Shown piece by piece: positions 26,573-35,699 of a stretch of 64,000 nucleotides of DNA (position 1 is its first letter; every line of letters starts with the position of its first letter). The position numbers and the translations under genes were made by a program. Below the pieces are notes generated by a model. The model searched no databases. It worked only from the letters and a program-made list of their open reading frames with translations, and was not told where the DNA came from. Origin of the DNA: Acidimicrobiia bacterium (GTDB lineage: Bacteria > Actinomycetota > Acidimicrobiia > IMCC26256 > JAENVU01); contig JANPMG010000172.1 of NCBI GenBank assembly GCA_031422675.1, forward strand, positions 324 through 64,323. Direction: 5' to 3'.

Positions 26573-28018
26573 ATGGAGTACGAGATGAACAGTCCCGCCG
26601 TCCTTGCCGGACAGGTCACCAACCAAGCCCACCAGCCGGATCTCTCGGGGAACCTGTTCCCGCTCGATCGCGAGTACGACATCGAACGGTGCGAGATCAC
26701 CGGGTCCGTGCCGCTCGGGCTGCGCGGTTCGTTCATCCGCAACGGCCCGAATCCGATGTTCGAACCCATCGGCCGGTACCACATGTTCGACGGCGACGGC
26801 ATGCTGCACTCGGTCACCTTCTCCGATGGTGCTGCTGCGTTCCGCAACCGCTGGATCCGGTCGCGCGGGCTAGAAGTCGAAGCCCGGCTCGGGCGGGCGG
26901 TCTACCCCGGTCTCGGCTCGGTCACGGATTTTCCCGATCCCGGAGTGGTGGGTGACGCCGGCCCGGTGAAGAACCCCGCCAACACCCACATCATCAAGCA
27001 CGCCGGTCGGTACCTGGCGCTCTGGGAAGGTGGCGCGCCCACCGAAGTCACGGCCGCGTTGGACACCGTGGGCGAGTACGACTTCGATGGCGCGCTGCGC
27101 GGCGCGATGACTGCGCATCCCCGCCTCGACCCGCGTACGGGCGAGATGTTCTTCTTCGCATACTCGGTCTTCGAACCGGTGATCCGGTACTACGTGGTGG
27201 ATGCCACGGGCGCGTTGATCCATCGCGCGGTGCTCGACATTCCGGCTCCCGTGATGATGCACGACTTCGTGATCACCGAGCATCACGCGGTGTTCCTCGA
27301 CTCGCCGATCGTGTTCGATGTGGCGAACCTGGGCGTCGGCCCCATGGTGGAGTGGCGGCCCGAGCGCGGCACGCGGATTGGCGTGATGCCCCGGTTGGGC
27401 ACCGCCAACGATGTGCGCTGGTTCGAGATCGAGCCCGGGCACGTCCAGCACTTCTGGAACGGTTGGGTCGCCGGAGACCGGATCGAGTTCTCGGGCAGTC
27501 GGCTGACTCACCCCGACTTCGGCATCGATTCCAACGCACCCCTCGACGAGTCGGTGGCGAGCACGAGTGCCGGCCATCCGGCTCGGTTCTGGGTGGACCT
27601 GGCCGCGGGTACCGCCGGGTGGGAACAGTTTGACGACCTCGGTGGCGACTTCTGTCGGATCAACGACGAGATGACCGGAGTTCGCTCCCGGTACCAATAC
27701 ATGTCGGCGTTCCTCGCCGAGGACCGTCCGGCCGGCGATTTCGACGCGATCGTCAAGTACGACGACGTGACGGGCGAGCGCCGGATCTGGAGTGCCGGGC
27801 CCGCCGGCCATGTGGGGGAGAGTGTCTTCGCTCCCGATCCGGACGGCCGCGCCGAGGACGATGGCTGGCTGGTCAACGCGGTGTACGACTCGGCCACCGA
27901 TCGCACCGACGTCTGCGTCCTCGACGCTCGCGCGGTGGAAGCCGGGCCGATCGCGCGGGTGCACCTCCCGCATCGGATGCCGTTCGGGTTTCACGCCAAC
28001 TGGTTTGCGGCAAATTGA
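26573..28018 (+). CDS. carotenoid oxygenase family protein (lignostilbene/apocarotenoid dioxygenase type)
   Basis: LSGNLFPLDRE...GSVPLGLRGSFIRNGPNPMF N-terminus and the NTHIIKHAGRYLALWEGGAPTEV block. The start is ATG at 26573 or 26585 (GGAG precedes the latter). Confidence 0.85.
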   Translation: MEYEMNSPAVLAGQVTNQAHQPDLSGNLFPLDREYDIERCEITGSVPLGLRGSFIRNGPNPMFEPIGRYHMFDGDGMLHSVTFSDGAAAFRNRWIRSRGLEVEARLGRAVYPGLGSVTDFPDPGVVGDAGPVKNPANTHIIKHAGRYLALWEGGAPTEVTAALDTVGEYDFDGALRGAMTAHPRLDPRTGEMFFFAYSVFEPVIRYYVVDATGALIHRAVLDIPAPVMMHDFVITEHHAVFLDSPIVFDVANLGVGPMVEWRPERGTRIGVMPRLGTANDVRWFEIEPGHVQHFWNGWVAGDRIEFSGSRLTHPDFGIDSNAPLDESVASTSAGHPARFWVDLAAGTAGWEQFDDLGGDFCRINDEMTGVRSRYQYMSAFLAEDRPAGDFDAIVKYDDVTGERRIWSAGPAGHVGESVFAPDPDGRAEDDGWLVNAVYDSATDRTDVCVLDARAVEAGPIARVHLPHRMPFGFHANWFAAN

Positions 28019-28034
28019 CCGAGGGAGTTTGACG

Positions 28035-28901
28035 ATGGTGGTTCTTCCGAACGGCCGAACGGCCGCGAGCTCACTCCGATCACGGAACCGGAACACGCGC
28101 AGTGGTGGAGTCGCGGTGTTCCTCGCGGCGCTGTTGGCGGTCGCCGGGTGCAGCAGCACCGATCCGGGCGCCGCCGCGCCGACCCGCGAACAGACGAGCG
28201 CCGACCGAGTCGCGGCGCGTCTGGCCGGTCGGTACGCGCACTTCGACATCGTCGCCTATCAGAGCACCGACATGAAGACCCTGATCATCAGCTACGGATT
28301 CACCGATCTCGCGGTCAAGGACCGGAAGCTCATCGCCACCGAGTCGTTTTGTCACTCGGAACATCGCAGCGACCAACCCATCACCACAAAGATGTCCGAC
28401 GCCGCCACCACCGCCATCCGGCCGCCCTCCACGCCCGTTGCGGTGAGCGAGAAGGCCGGTCGTATCCGGATCCGGCGGCCGGCGACACCGACCGGGATCG
28501 GGGTTCACCTGGCCGATCCGGCCCGTGACGCGTTGCCCACCGATCCCAACGATCCGCGCATCGCCGATGACGACAACGACGGCAAGCCCGGGGTCACGGT
28601 GCACATCAAGGTCACCGATGATCTGAGTGGCGACCTGTATATCGCGCGGCGCGAGATCTTCGCCTACGACGTGCTGGTCCAGGACGACGGCTCGATGCGC
28701 GGCGCGGTCGAGGACCACTCCGAGCAACTCATCGTCGGCGCGACCAACGACATCTTCAAGACCACGGCCGAGTGGACCCAGTATCCCGATCCGAGCAAGA
28801 GCCCGATCATCCTGAAGCCGGTGGGCAAGAGTTGGGATTGCACGCGCCTCATGGCCGCGCGCGACCGGCTGTTCCCGCCCACGCCCGTGGTGGACTTCTA
28901 G
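28035..28901 (+). CDS. hypothetical lipoprotein
   Basis: Signal peptide with lipobox LLAVAGCSS. GAGGGAG SD before the ATG at 28035, 16 nt after the oxygenase stop. No family recognised. Confidence 0.65.
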   Translation: MVVLPNGRTAASSLRSRNRNTRSGGVAVFLAALLAVAGCSSTDPGAAAPTREQTSADRVAARLAGRYAHFDIVAYQSTDMKTLIISYGFTDLAVKDRKLIATESFCHSEHRSDQPITTKMSDAATTAIRPPSTPVAVSEKAGRIRIRRPATPTGIGVHLADPARDALPTDPNDPRIADDDNDGKPGVTVHIKVTDDLSGDLYIARREIFAYDVLVQDDGSMRGAVEDHSEQLIVGATNDIFKTTAEWTQYPDPSKSPIILKPVGKSWDCTRLMAARDRLFPPTPVVDF

Positions 28902-28905
28902 CCCG

Positions 28906-28953
28906 GTCCGGCCTTCCGGCCTGAGGTGAGTCCGGCCTTCCGGCCTGAGGTGA
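28906..28953 (+). repeat. perfect 24-bp tandem duplication (GTCCGGCCTTCCGGCCTGAGGTGA x2)
   Basis: Read directly from the sequence. The copies span 28906-28929 and 28930-28953. They lie between the lipoprotein stop and the Dabb gene start. Confidence 0.95.
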
Positions 28954-28966
28954 TTACCGTCACGCC

Positions 28967-29266
28967 ATGTTCCGACACGTGGTGATGTTCCGCTGGACCG
29001 CCGGCGCAGGCGCGGAGGACAAGGCCTCGGTCGCGACCGGGTTGGCGGAGCTTCCCAAGACGATCGACGCGGTCCGCGCGTACCGGTTCGGTCCGGATGC
29101 CGGTCTCGCGGAGGGGAACTGGGACTTCGTGGTGGTCGCCGATTTCGACGATGTCGACGGGTACATCGCCTATCGCGACCACGCCGCGCATCAGGCGCTG
29201 ATCGCGGAGCGGATCCGGCCGATCATGGCCGAACGCGCCGCAGCGCAGTACCACTTCTCAGACTGA
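28967..29266 (+). CDS. Dabb (stress-responsive alpha+beta barrel) family protein
   Basis: 99 aa. The MFRHVVMFRW start and FVVVADFDDVDGYIAYRDHAAH block are typical of the Dabb domain. Confidence 0.85.
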   Translation: MFRHVVMFRWTAGAGAEDKASVATGLAELPKTIDAVRAYRFGPDAGLAEGNWDFVVVADFDDVDGYIAYRDHAAHQALIAERIRPIMAERAAAQYHFSD

Positions 29267-29320
29267 GCTACGGCGCCGACGGTCTCCCGCCGGTGGGTTC
29301 GAGGTGGGCTCGACGTCCGC

Positions 29321-30310
29321 TCAGTCCATCCGCAGCAATCGACGGGCGTTGGCATCGAAGGTCGCAGCCAGCTCGGCGTTGCCCCAGCTCGGGTCGGCGC
29401 TCGCGTCCCATCCGGCCAGGTTCGTGCCGGCCACCACGTGGTCGGAGCCGAACGCGTCGAGGAGCGCGCCCAACGCTCTCGGCCCGCCGACGTGCGCGTC
29501 CCACCACAGGCGGGCGAGACGGTCCGTGACCGCGCCCTCCTCGCGCAGATGCGTCGCCGCCCACGGCCGAGTGCGGGCTGCGTGTTCCAGGCGCTCAGCC
29601 AGCCACGAGGTGGCCCCACCGCCGTGACTCACGCAGATATCGAGGGCCGGGTGGCGGTCGAGGACGCCGCCGAGAATCAGCGTCGCGACCGCAAGCGTTT
29701 CCTCGTAGCAGAAGCCCAGCCAGAGGTCGCCGTCGAAGCGAGTGAGGCGATCGTCTCGGCGCGTCGAATCGATGCCGTCCGGCGCGGGGTGGAGAAAGAG
29801 CGGGACGTCGAGTTCCGTGCAGGTGGACCACACGTCGCTGAACGCCGGATCGTCGAGTGCCCGCCCGAGGTCGGTCCCGATGTAGGCCCCGAGGAGACCG
29901 AGTTCATTCACCGCGCGGCGTAGCTCGCGAGCGGCGCGGGGCGGGTCCTGCATCGGAAGCTGCGCGAAGCCGCCCAGACGCAGCGGCGCGCGGGCCACGA
30001 GTGCCGCGAGCTCGTCGTTGTGTCGGCGGCAGAACGCATCCGCCCACTCGGCCTCCACGTGGGCGAAGTACGTGAGGGGATTGGGGGAGAGCACCGCACG
30101 CGTGATGCCGAGGTCGTCCATGGCGGCGAGCCGAAGATCGAGATCCATGAAGGGGCTGTCGGCGTAGTGAACGCCGGACAGCGTGTAGTCACCAACGCGG
30201 TAACACGGAAGCCGGCCCGTGGCCGGGTCGCCCGGATCGAGCTCGGGTCCGTACGGTCCGGCTGCGCCGAGCGCGGAGGCGAGGACGACGTGCGCGTGGA
30301 GGTCGATCAT
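29321..30310 (-). CDS. amidohydrolase_2 family protein (ACMSD/LigW-type decarboxylase or hydrolase)
   Basis: MIDLHAHVV metal-binding start, LFLHPAPDG, and VSHGGG near the C-terminus. I place the start at the ATG at 30310. Confidence 0.85.
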   Translation of the reverse strand: MIDLHAHVVLASALGAAGPYGPELDPGDPATGRLPCYRVGDYTLSGVHYADSPFMDLDLRLAAMDDLGITRAVLSPNPLTYFAHVEAEWADAFCRRHNDELAALVARAPLRLGGFAQLPMQDPPRAARELRRAVNELGLLGAYIGTDLGRALDDPAFSDVWSTCTELDVPLFLHPAPDGIDSTRRDDRLTRFDGDLWLGFCYEETLAVATLILGGVLDRHPALDICVSHGGGATSWLAERLEHAARTRPWAATHLREEGAVTDRLARLWWDAHVGGPRALGALLDAFGSDHVVAGTNLAGWDASADPSWGNAELAATFDANARRLLRMD

Positions 30311-30314
30311 CGGG

Positions 30315-31556
30315 CTACCAGAACCGCACCGGGTATCGGGCCCAATACCCACGGTCGCTGGTGGGGTCGAGCTCCGGTCGGTCATCGGGATCAGGTCCAA
30401 CGCCGGCTGCCAACACCGCCGCGATCGCGACCGGCACCAAGCCGAAGAGATGATCCGGCCCGGGCTCGTGATCCGCAACGGCGAGCCCGGCCGCAAGGTC
30501 CTGGCCGATACACGCGTGCATGCCCACCCCGAAGCTCAGACCCCACCGCGGGTGATCGGCTGCGAGCGCGCGGTGCGGGTCGAACGCATCGGCGGTGGCA
30601 CCGAAGATCGACGGATCGCGATTCGCCGCCATCAGGTCGATGATGAGCTTGTCGCCCGGGTGGAGCACCACGCCGCTCGGGAGTTCGACATCGGCGAGCA
30701 CCCAGCGCATGGCGACCGGACTCGACGGTTGCAGCCGGATGGTCTCGTGCACGCACCGTTGAAGGAACGCGAGGTCGGTGCGGGCGAGTTCGGCGTCGGC
30801 GGAACCCGTGGCGTGCAGCATGAAGATGTTGTGCAACGTGCGCACAAACGCGGTGGCGGACGTGTGGGCGCCGGCCAGGAGGAAGAAGCAGGTCTCGCGC
30901 AAAACGACGTCCGATGGCAACTCCAGATTGTCCTGATTCCGCAACAGGATGGTGAGGACATCGCGCGGCAGGTCGTCCTCGCTGATCTCGCCGGCCGCAA
31001 ACTGCGCCAGGGCCCGGCGGCGGGTGACGACGGACGGGCCGAGGAACTCACGATCGAACGCGGCGAGCGCCGCCGCCACCTCGGCGCGCTTGGCGTCACG
31101 GTCGCCGGTGTAGTGGGCGAGCGTTGCGCCCTCGATGAATCGCATCAGGTACGAGTAGAGGTGGAGCGACTCGTCCGGGGTGCCGAGGGGACGGTCCACG
31201 CCGGCGGTGGAGGCCGCGAGGTTCATCATCATCTGATGGCTGAGGCCCACCAGTTCGGCCCGGCCGGCGGCGAGATGGGGCGCCAGCGTGTCCGCCACGA
31301 TCGGCGGGAACAGTTCACGCTCGTAGCGGGTGTGGGTGTCGCGACGGAACAGACGGTTTTCGAGCCGCCGCCGGGATCGGTGTGCGTCCCCGTGCAGCGT
31401 GACCAACACCTGGTCCATGACGACCTCACCCGCGTCGTACAGCGCCTGGCGGAGATCCTTGCTGCGGAACGCGGCGCGCGCGTCGTCGTAGGTCGAGACC
31501 GTGATCTCGCGTGGTGGCCGGTCGGTCGCTCCTTCAGGCGTGGAGTCAGCCGGCAT
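30315..31556 (-). CDS. cytochrome P450
   Basis: FGVGMHACIGQDLA heme loop, ETIR ExxR motif and a LLAGAHTSAT I-helix. I place the start at the ATG at 31556. Confidence 0.9.
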   Translation of the reverse strand: MPADSTPEGATDRPPREITVSTYDDARAAFRSKDLRQALYDAGEVVMDQVLVTLHGDAHRSRRRLENRLFRRDTHTRYERELFPPIVADTLAPHLAAGRAELVGLSHQMMMNLAASTAGVDRPLGTPDESLHLYSYLMRFIEGATLAHYTGDRDAKRAEVAAALAAFDREFLGPSVVTRRRALAQFAAGEISEDDLPRDVLTILLRNQDNLELPSDVVLRETCFFLLAGAHTSATAFVRTLHNIFMLHATGSADAELARTDLAFLQRCVHETIRLQPSSPVAMRWVLADVELPSGVVLHPGDKLIIDLMAANRDPSIFGATADAFDPHRALAADHPRWGLSFGVGMHACIGQDLAAGLAVADHEPGPDHLFGLVPVAIAAVLAAGVGPDPDDRPELDPTSDRGYWARYPVRFW

Positions 31557-32262
31557 CGGCCGACCCTCGGCGACACCACGCCAGCGCGCGGAGGAGCACC
31601 GCGCGATGAGTGGGGTGGCGCAACGACTCGACGCCGTGGCCGAGCACGTCGGTGACCACCCGGCCCGCACCGAACGGTCGGGCCCAGAGCAACGGGTACT
31701 CGACGGTTCCGTTCGACGCGCTCAGAAGCGGGACGACGCCGTCGGCGACATCGAGGTCGCGGTACATCTCGTCGTGCACGACGAACGGTTCGACGCCGGC
31801 CGTCACCGGATGGTCGCGGCCGGGGATGGTGAGGGTGACCGCGACGTCGGCCGCCGGTGGATGCGAGGAGGACGCCCAGTTCCAAGTCGCCCCCGCCAGT
31901 CGGTGCCACGTGGGCTCGGCATCGAAGCAGATGACGCCGGTATGGAGCACGACGAGTCCGCCACCGCCGGTCACGTGGTGTTCGAGGGTGGTGGCATCGG
32001 TGGCATTGAGGGTGAACGCCAGCCGGTCGGCCTGATCGGCATACCGACCGGTCTCCATGCGCCAGCGGAGCGCGTTGACGGTGACGAGATCCCACCGTGG
32101 CGCCGCCTCGGTCTTGTTGCATCGCAGGGCGGTGAAGAACTCGGTGGGCTCCGTCACCACGGTGGTGGCGAGCCCGATTTCGGAGCTGAGCGCACCGAGT
32201 TCGGCGGTGGTGACATCGAAGTCGTGCCCGGGACCACCCGACAGCACGAGATGTCCACTCAT
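31546..32262 (-). CDS. ThuA domain-containing protein
   Basis: 238 aa. LVLSGGPGHDF, GGGLVVLHTG, HPVTAGVEPFVVHDEMY and the ending GRVVTDVLGHG match the ThuA-like pattern. ATGA overlap with the upstream SDR and an 11-nt overlap with the P450. Confidence 0.8.
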   Translation of the reverse strand: MSGHLVLSGGPGHDFDVTTAELGALSSEIGLATTVVTEPTEFFTALRCNKTEAAPRWDLVTVNALRWRMETGRYADQADRLAFTLNATDATTLEHHVTGGGGLVVLHTGVICFDAEPTWHRLAGATWNWASSSHPPAADVAVTLTIPGRDHPVTAGVEPFVVHDEMYRDLDVADGVVPLLSASNGTVEYPLLWARPFGAGRVVTDVLGHGVESLRHPTHRAVLLRALAWCRRGSADAG

Positions 32263-33059
32263 GTCTGTTCCGCTCTGGGCCCTTCGGGCCGGGGGAGGGT
32301 GCTGATGACGCTCATGGTCACGCCGCCGTCGACGAGCAGCTCGGTGCCATTGATGTAGCCGGCGCCGTCCGAGAGGAGAAACAACACGGCGGCGGCCACG
32401 TCCGCGGGCGTGCCGAGCCGTTGGAGGGGCACCCGCTCGGACCGACGGCGGCGGATTTCGGGGTCGGCGTAGATCGCTTCGGACATTCCCGCATCGATGA
32501 GTCCGGGCGCGACCGCGTTGACTCGGATGCCGAGCGGTCCCCACTCCAGCGCCATCTGCTGGACCAAGCGGGCAACCCCGGCCTTGGTCGCGCCGTACGC
32601 GCCGGCGTTGGGGCCGGGAGCAACACCGTTCATCGATGTGATCGCCACGATGGCTCCACCGGATTCGGCGGCGACCATGCGGCGCGCGACGGCGCGGGCC
32701 GTGAAGAACGTGCCGGTGAGATTCACGTCTACCACCGCGCGCCACTCGTCGGTGGTCATCTCGAGAAGGGGACCGAACCGCACGATGCCGGCGTTGCAGA
32801 CCGCGGCGTCCGGCGCAGGGGTACCGGTTGCGGTGGCGAAGTGGTCCAACGCCGCGTCGAGCGCGGCTTCGTCGCGCGTGTCGGCGCCGAGCACGGTGCC
32901 GGCGCGGCCGATTGCGTCGACGGTTCGAGATGCAGCATCGACGTCGTGGTCGAGCACACCCACCTGCCATCCGGCCGCGGCGGCGGCGTGTGCGAGCGCC
33001 GCTCCGAGGCCGTGGCCCGCGCCGGTGATGAGGACGGATTGGGTGCGCTCGTCCGTCAC
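32259..33059 (-). CDS. SDR family oxidoreductase
   Basis: VLITGAGHGLGAALA and YGATKAGVARLV motifs. The GTG at 33059 overlaps the upstream stop (GTGA). The track ORF extension to 34046 is an artefact. Confidence 0.9.
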   Translation of the reverse strand: MTDERTQSVLITGAGHGLGAALAHAAAAAGWQVGVLDHDVDAASRTVDAIGRAGTVLGADTRDEAALDAALDHFATATGTPAPDAAVCNAGIVRFGPLLEMTTDEWRAVVDVNLTGTFFTARAVARRMVAAESGGAIVAITSMNGVAPGPNAGAYGATKAGVARLVQQMALEWGPLGIRVNAVAPGLIDAGMSEAIYADPEIRRRRSERVPLQRLGTPADVAAAVLFLLSDGAGYINGTELLVDGGVTMSVISTLPRPEGPRAEQT

Positions 33060-34402
33060 GAGTGCGCGAGATCCCACGTGAGGGGGCGGGTCGACCACGA
33101 GCCGACCTTCTCTCCGGGCAAGAGGCGTCGCTCGGGCCACGGACGGTCGAGGTCGACGGCGGCGCCGCGGGAGTACACGTGGCGCAGGCGGGACCGGTCG
33201 CCGAGTACCGCAATGTTGGTGGCGGGGTCGCCGTCGATGACGATCAAGTCGGCGGCCGCGTCGGCGCGCACCACCCCGATCGAATCGTCCGGTCGTTGGA
33301 GCGCGAAGGCACCGTTGCGAGTCGCGCAGGTGATCGCCTCGAGCGGGGTGAGGCCCAGCACGTCGACGAACAGCTCGAGCTCGCGCGCGTGCCAGTGCCC
33401 GTACGGCGTGAGCGAGAAGCCGCTCTCGGATCCGCACAGCAACCGCACTCCGGCGGCATGGGCGTGGCGAAGCTTCGCCGCGGTGGCCGCGATCTCGCCC
33501 CGGAAGATCTCCACCTGGGCCGGCGCCGCGCCGACCTTGGCCCCGTGATCGGCGAGGTTGGCGAGGAAGGTGAAGGTGGGGGCGATCGCGGCGCCGGCGG
33601 CCACCACGGCTGCGAGCGCGTCGTCGTCGAGGTAGCTGGCGTGCAGGATGAGATCCACGCCCGACTCGGCCGCGAGCCGGGTCGACTCTGCACTCCGGCA
33701 ATGCGCGACGGTCGGGGTGTCGAGTGCGTGTGCGGTGTCGGTGACCAGACGGAGTTCGTCGGCCGACCAGACCGTGAGTTCGCCGGTGGCGCGCGGCAAG
33801 GAACCGGTCACGTGAATCTTGATCCAGTCGGCGCCGTGCTTGATTTGTTGGCGCGTCGTGCGCACGATCTCGTCCCGATCGCCCATCACCGCGGCGTAGC
33901 CCAGCGTGCCGCGATCCGGGATGAGCCGTCCCGCGGTCCCGCCCGCGGTGGTGAGCAGAGCGTTCATCCCCGCGGCCATTCGCGGTCCCTCGACGATGCC
34001 GGCTTCGATCCCGTCCCGCAGCGCCGGTCCGAGGTTGAAGATGCAATCGGCGTCGAGGAATCCAGTCACCCCGGCGCGTAACAGTTTGGGAACGTTGTGG
34101 GCGGCGACGAGCATCGCGCTCGCCGGCTCACGATGGAAGAACAACTCGTCGTTGCTGGCCGGCTCACCGAACGTGATGTGGCAATGCGCGTCGATGAGTC
34201 CGGGCATCACGGTCAGGCCCGATACATCCACGGTCGTGATGGGGGTATCGGCCGGGCGCTCGTCGGCCGCGGCGCGGGCGGCGGCACCCACCGCGACGAT
34301 GCGATCGACTTCGAAGAGCACGTCGGTGTCGGCACGCGGCGCGGCACCGGTGCCGTCGATGACGGTGCCGCCGCGGAGGAGCACCTGCGGAGTGGGAGTC
34401 AT
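33056..34402 (-). CDS. amidohydrolase family (metal-dependent hydrolase) protein
   Basis: 448 aa. LLRGGTVIDGTG, VMPGLIDAHCHITFGE, and later HCRS/ILHASY metal-ligand-like blocks. Confidence 0.85.
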   Translation of the reverse strand: MTPTPQVLLRGGTVIDGTGAAPRADTDVLFEVDRIVAVGAAARAAADERPADTPITTVDVSGLTVMPGLIDAHCHITFGEPASNDELFFHREPASAMLVAAHNVPKLLRAGVTGFLDADCIFNLGPALRDGIEAGIVEGPRMAAGMNALLTTAGGTAGRLIPDRGTLGYAAVMGDRDEIVRTTRQQIKHGADWIKIHVTGSLPRATGELTVWSADELRLVTDTAHALDTPTVAHCRSAESTRLAAESGVDLILHASYLDDDALAAVVAAGAAIAPTFTFLANLADHGAKVGAAPAQVEIFRGEIAATAAKLRHAHAAGVRLLCGSESGFSLTPYGHWHARELELFVDVLGLTPLEAITCATRNGAFALQRPDDSIGVVRADAAADLIVIDGDPATNIAVLGDRSRLRHVYSRGAAVDLDRPWPERRLLPGEKVGSWSTRPLTWDLAHS

Positions 34403-34417
34403 GGTGGTCGCCGTTCC

Positions 34418-35632
34418 TCAGGCCGGTTCGACGAACCCGTCGAGGGCATCGGAGACCGCGGTGCCGGGCGGAAGCCGGTCGGGACCGATGGCGAGGTCGA
34501 CGGCGCGTTGGAAGTGGTGGATCAGCCGCTCGTGCCAGCCGATCTGGAACGGACGCGCCCCCGGCGACGACACCGAGGCCTGGATCGGCGCCATGTTCGC
34601 AGTGTCCTGGGCCATCACGGTGTCGAACAGTGCCATCCGCTCCGTGTGGTCGTGCGGAATCTCGTCGCCGGTCCACGCGGGGGCGTACCACCGCAACTCG
34701 AGTTCGGTGTGGTCCGTGTCCACCGGCCACATGCACAAGAACGTGAACGCGCCGGTGTCCATCGGGACCACGAGGTTGGGGAAGATCCCGTACGAAGTGG
34801 AGGTCTGGCGCCACAGCAGTCCGACGGCGGGGTTGTCGAACTCGGGCGACACCATGGGAAAATCGCGCAGCTCCGCCCGCTTCTCCACCGTCAGGCGACT
34901 GTTGCCGTTCGGCAGCATCGCGACCGTCGCGGACTGGTCGTCGTAAAGCAACGCGGCGTTGTCGGGGTGGACGGTTCTTACGTGGTACACCTCCAAGAAC
35001 GCGTCGACCATCAACTTCCAGTTGCACGCCAGGTGATGCACCTTCGTGCCGACGAGCCGCATCGCCGGACCGTCGAGCTCGCGCATCTGGTCGCCGATCG
35101 GGCCCAGGAAATCGAGGAGTGGTTCCGCTTCGAGATCCTCGCTGATGAACACCCACCCGTCCCACGTTTCGCAGCGCACCGGGACGAGCCCGAGCGTGCC
35201 GGTGTCGAGTTCGGCGAAGCTGCGGGCATCCGGAACGGCCTTCAGTTCGCCGTCGGTTCCGTAAGACCACGAGTGGTACTGGCAGGTGAGTCGCCGAGCC
35301 GTTCCGCACTCCTCGCGGATGACCGGCGCACCGCGATGGCGACACGCGTTGTAGAAACCCCGCAGGATTTTGTCGTCGCCGCGAACGATCACGATCGGGG
35401 CCCCCGACCGGGTGAACGCCCGGTAGGAACCGGGTCCGGGCCATTCCGATTCGTGTCCTGCGAACAGCCAGGAGCGAGCGAAGATGCGTTCACGTTCGAG
35501 TTGGAAGAACAACGGGTCCGTGTAACGCTGCGTGGGGATGGGGGGGACCGGAATTGCATCCGGTGGCGGCGTGATGCGCACTTTCTCGGCTTCGATCCGT
35601 TCCCGAATCGTGAGCTCCAGTGTCACGTCCAT
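34418..35632 (-). CDS. aromatic ring-hydroxylating (Rieske non-heme iron) oxygenase alpha subunit
   Basis: CRHRGAPV...CQYHSWSY Rieske motif and the NWKLMVDAFLEVYHVRTVHP iron site. Confidence 0.9.
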   Translation of the reverse strand: MDVTLELTIRERIEAEKVRITPPPDAIPVPPIPTQRYTDPLFFQLERERIFARSWLFAGHESEWPGPGSYRAFTRSGAPIVIVRGDDKILRGFYNACRHRGAPVIREECGTARRLTCQYHSWSYGTDGELKAVPDARSFAELDTGTLGLVPVRCETWDGWVFISEDLEAEPLLDFLGPIGDQMRELDGPAMRLVGTKVHHLACNWKLMVDAFLEVYHVRTVHPDNAALLYDDQSATVAMLPNGNSRLTVEKRAELRDFPMVSPEFDNPAVGLLWRQTSTSYGIFPNLVVPMDTGAFTFLCMWPVDTDHTELELRWYAPAWTGDEIPHDHTERMALFDTVMAQDTANMAPIQASVSSPGARPFQIGWHERLIHHFQRAVDLAIGPDRLPPGTAVSDALDGFVEPA

Positions 35633-35699
35633 GCCATCTCCTCGGGTCGGTCCCCGCGGCGCTCCGAGCGTGGGCGCCGGAGTGCAACGTTCGATGCGT

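Noticed and set aside
26387-26809. N-terminal extension of the acyl-CoA ligase ORF containing an HPHPHPPH run.
   Set aside because: The His-Pro run is just the reverse-strand reading of the (GCGGGT)x4 repeat. The ligase family N-terminus (MTQLLRPIAARKGDAPALVDE) starts at the ATG at 26386.
28906-28953. Whether the tandem repeats here or at 26476 or 51148 represent a CRISPR array.
   Set aside because: These are directly abutting copies without spacers, with 6-24 bp units and only 2-4 copies. No cas genes are present. They are not CRISPR.
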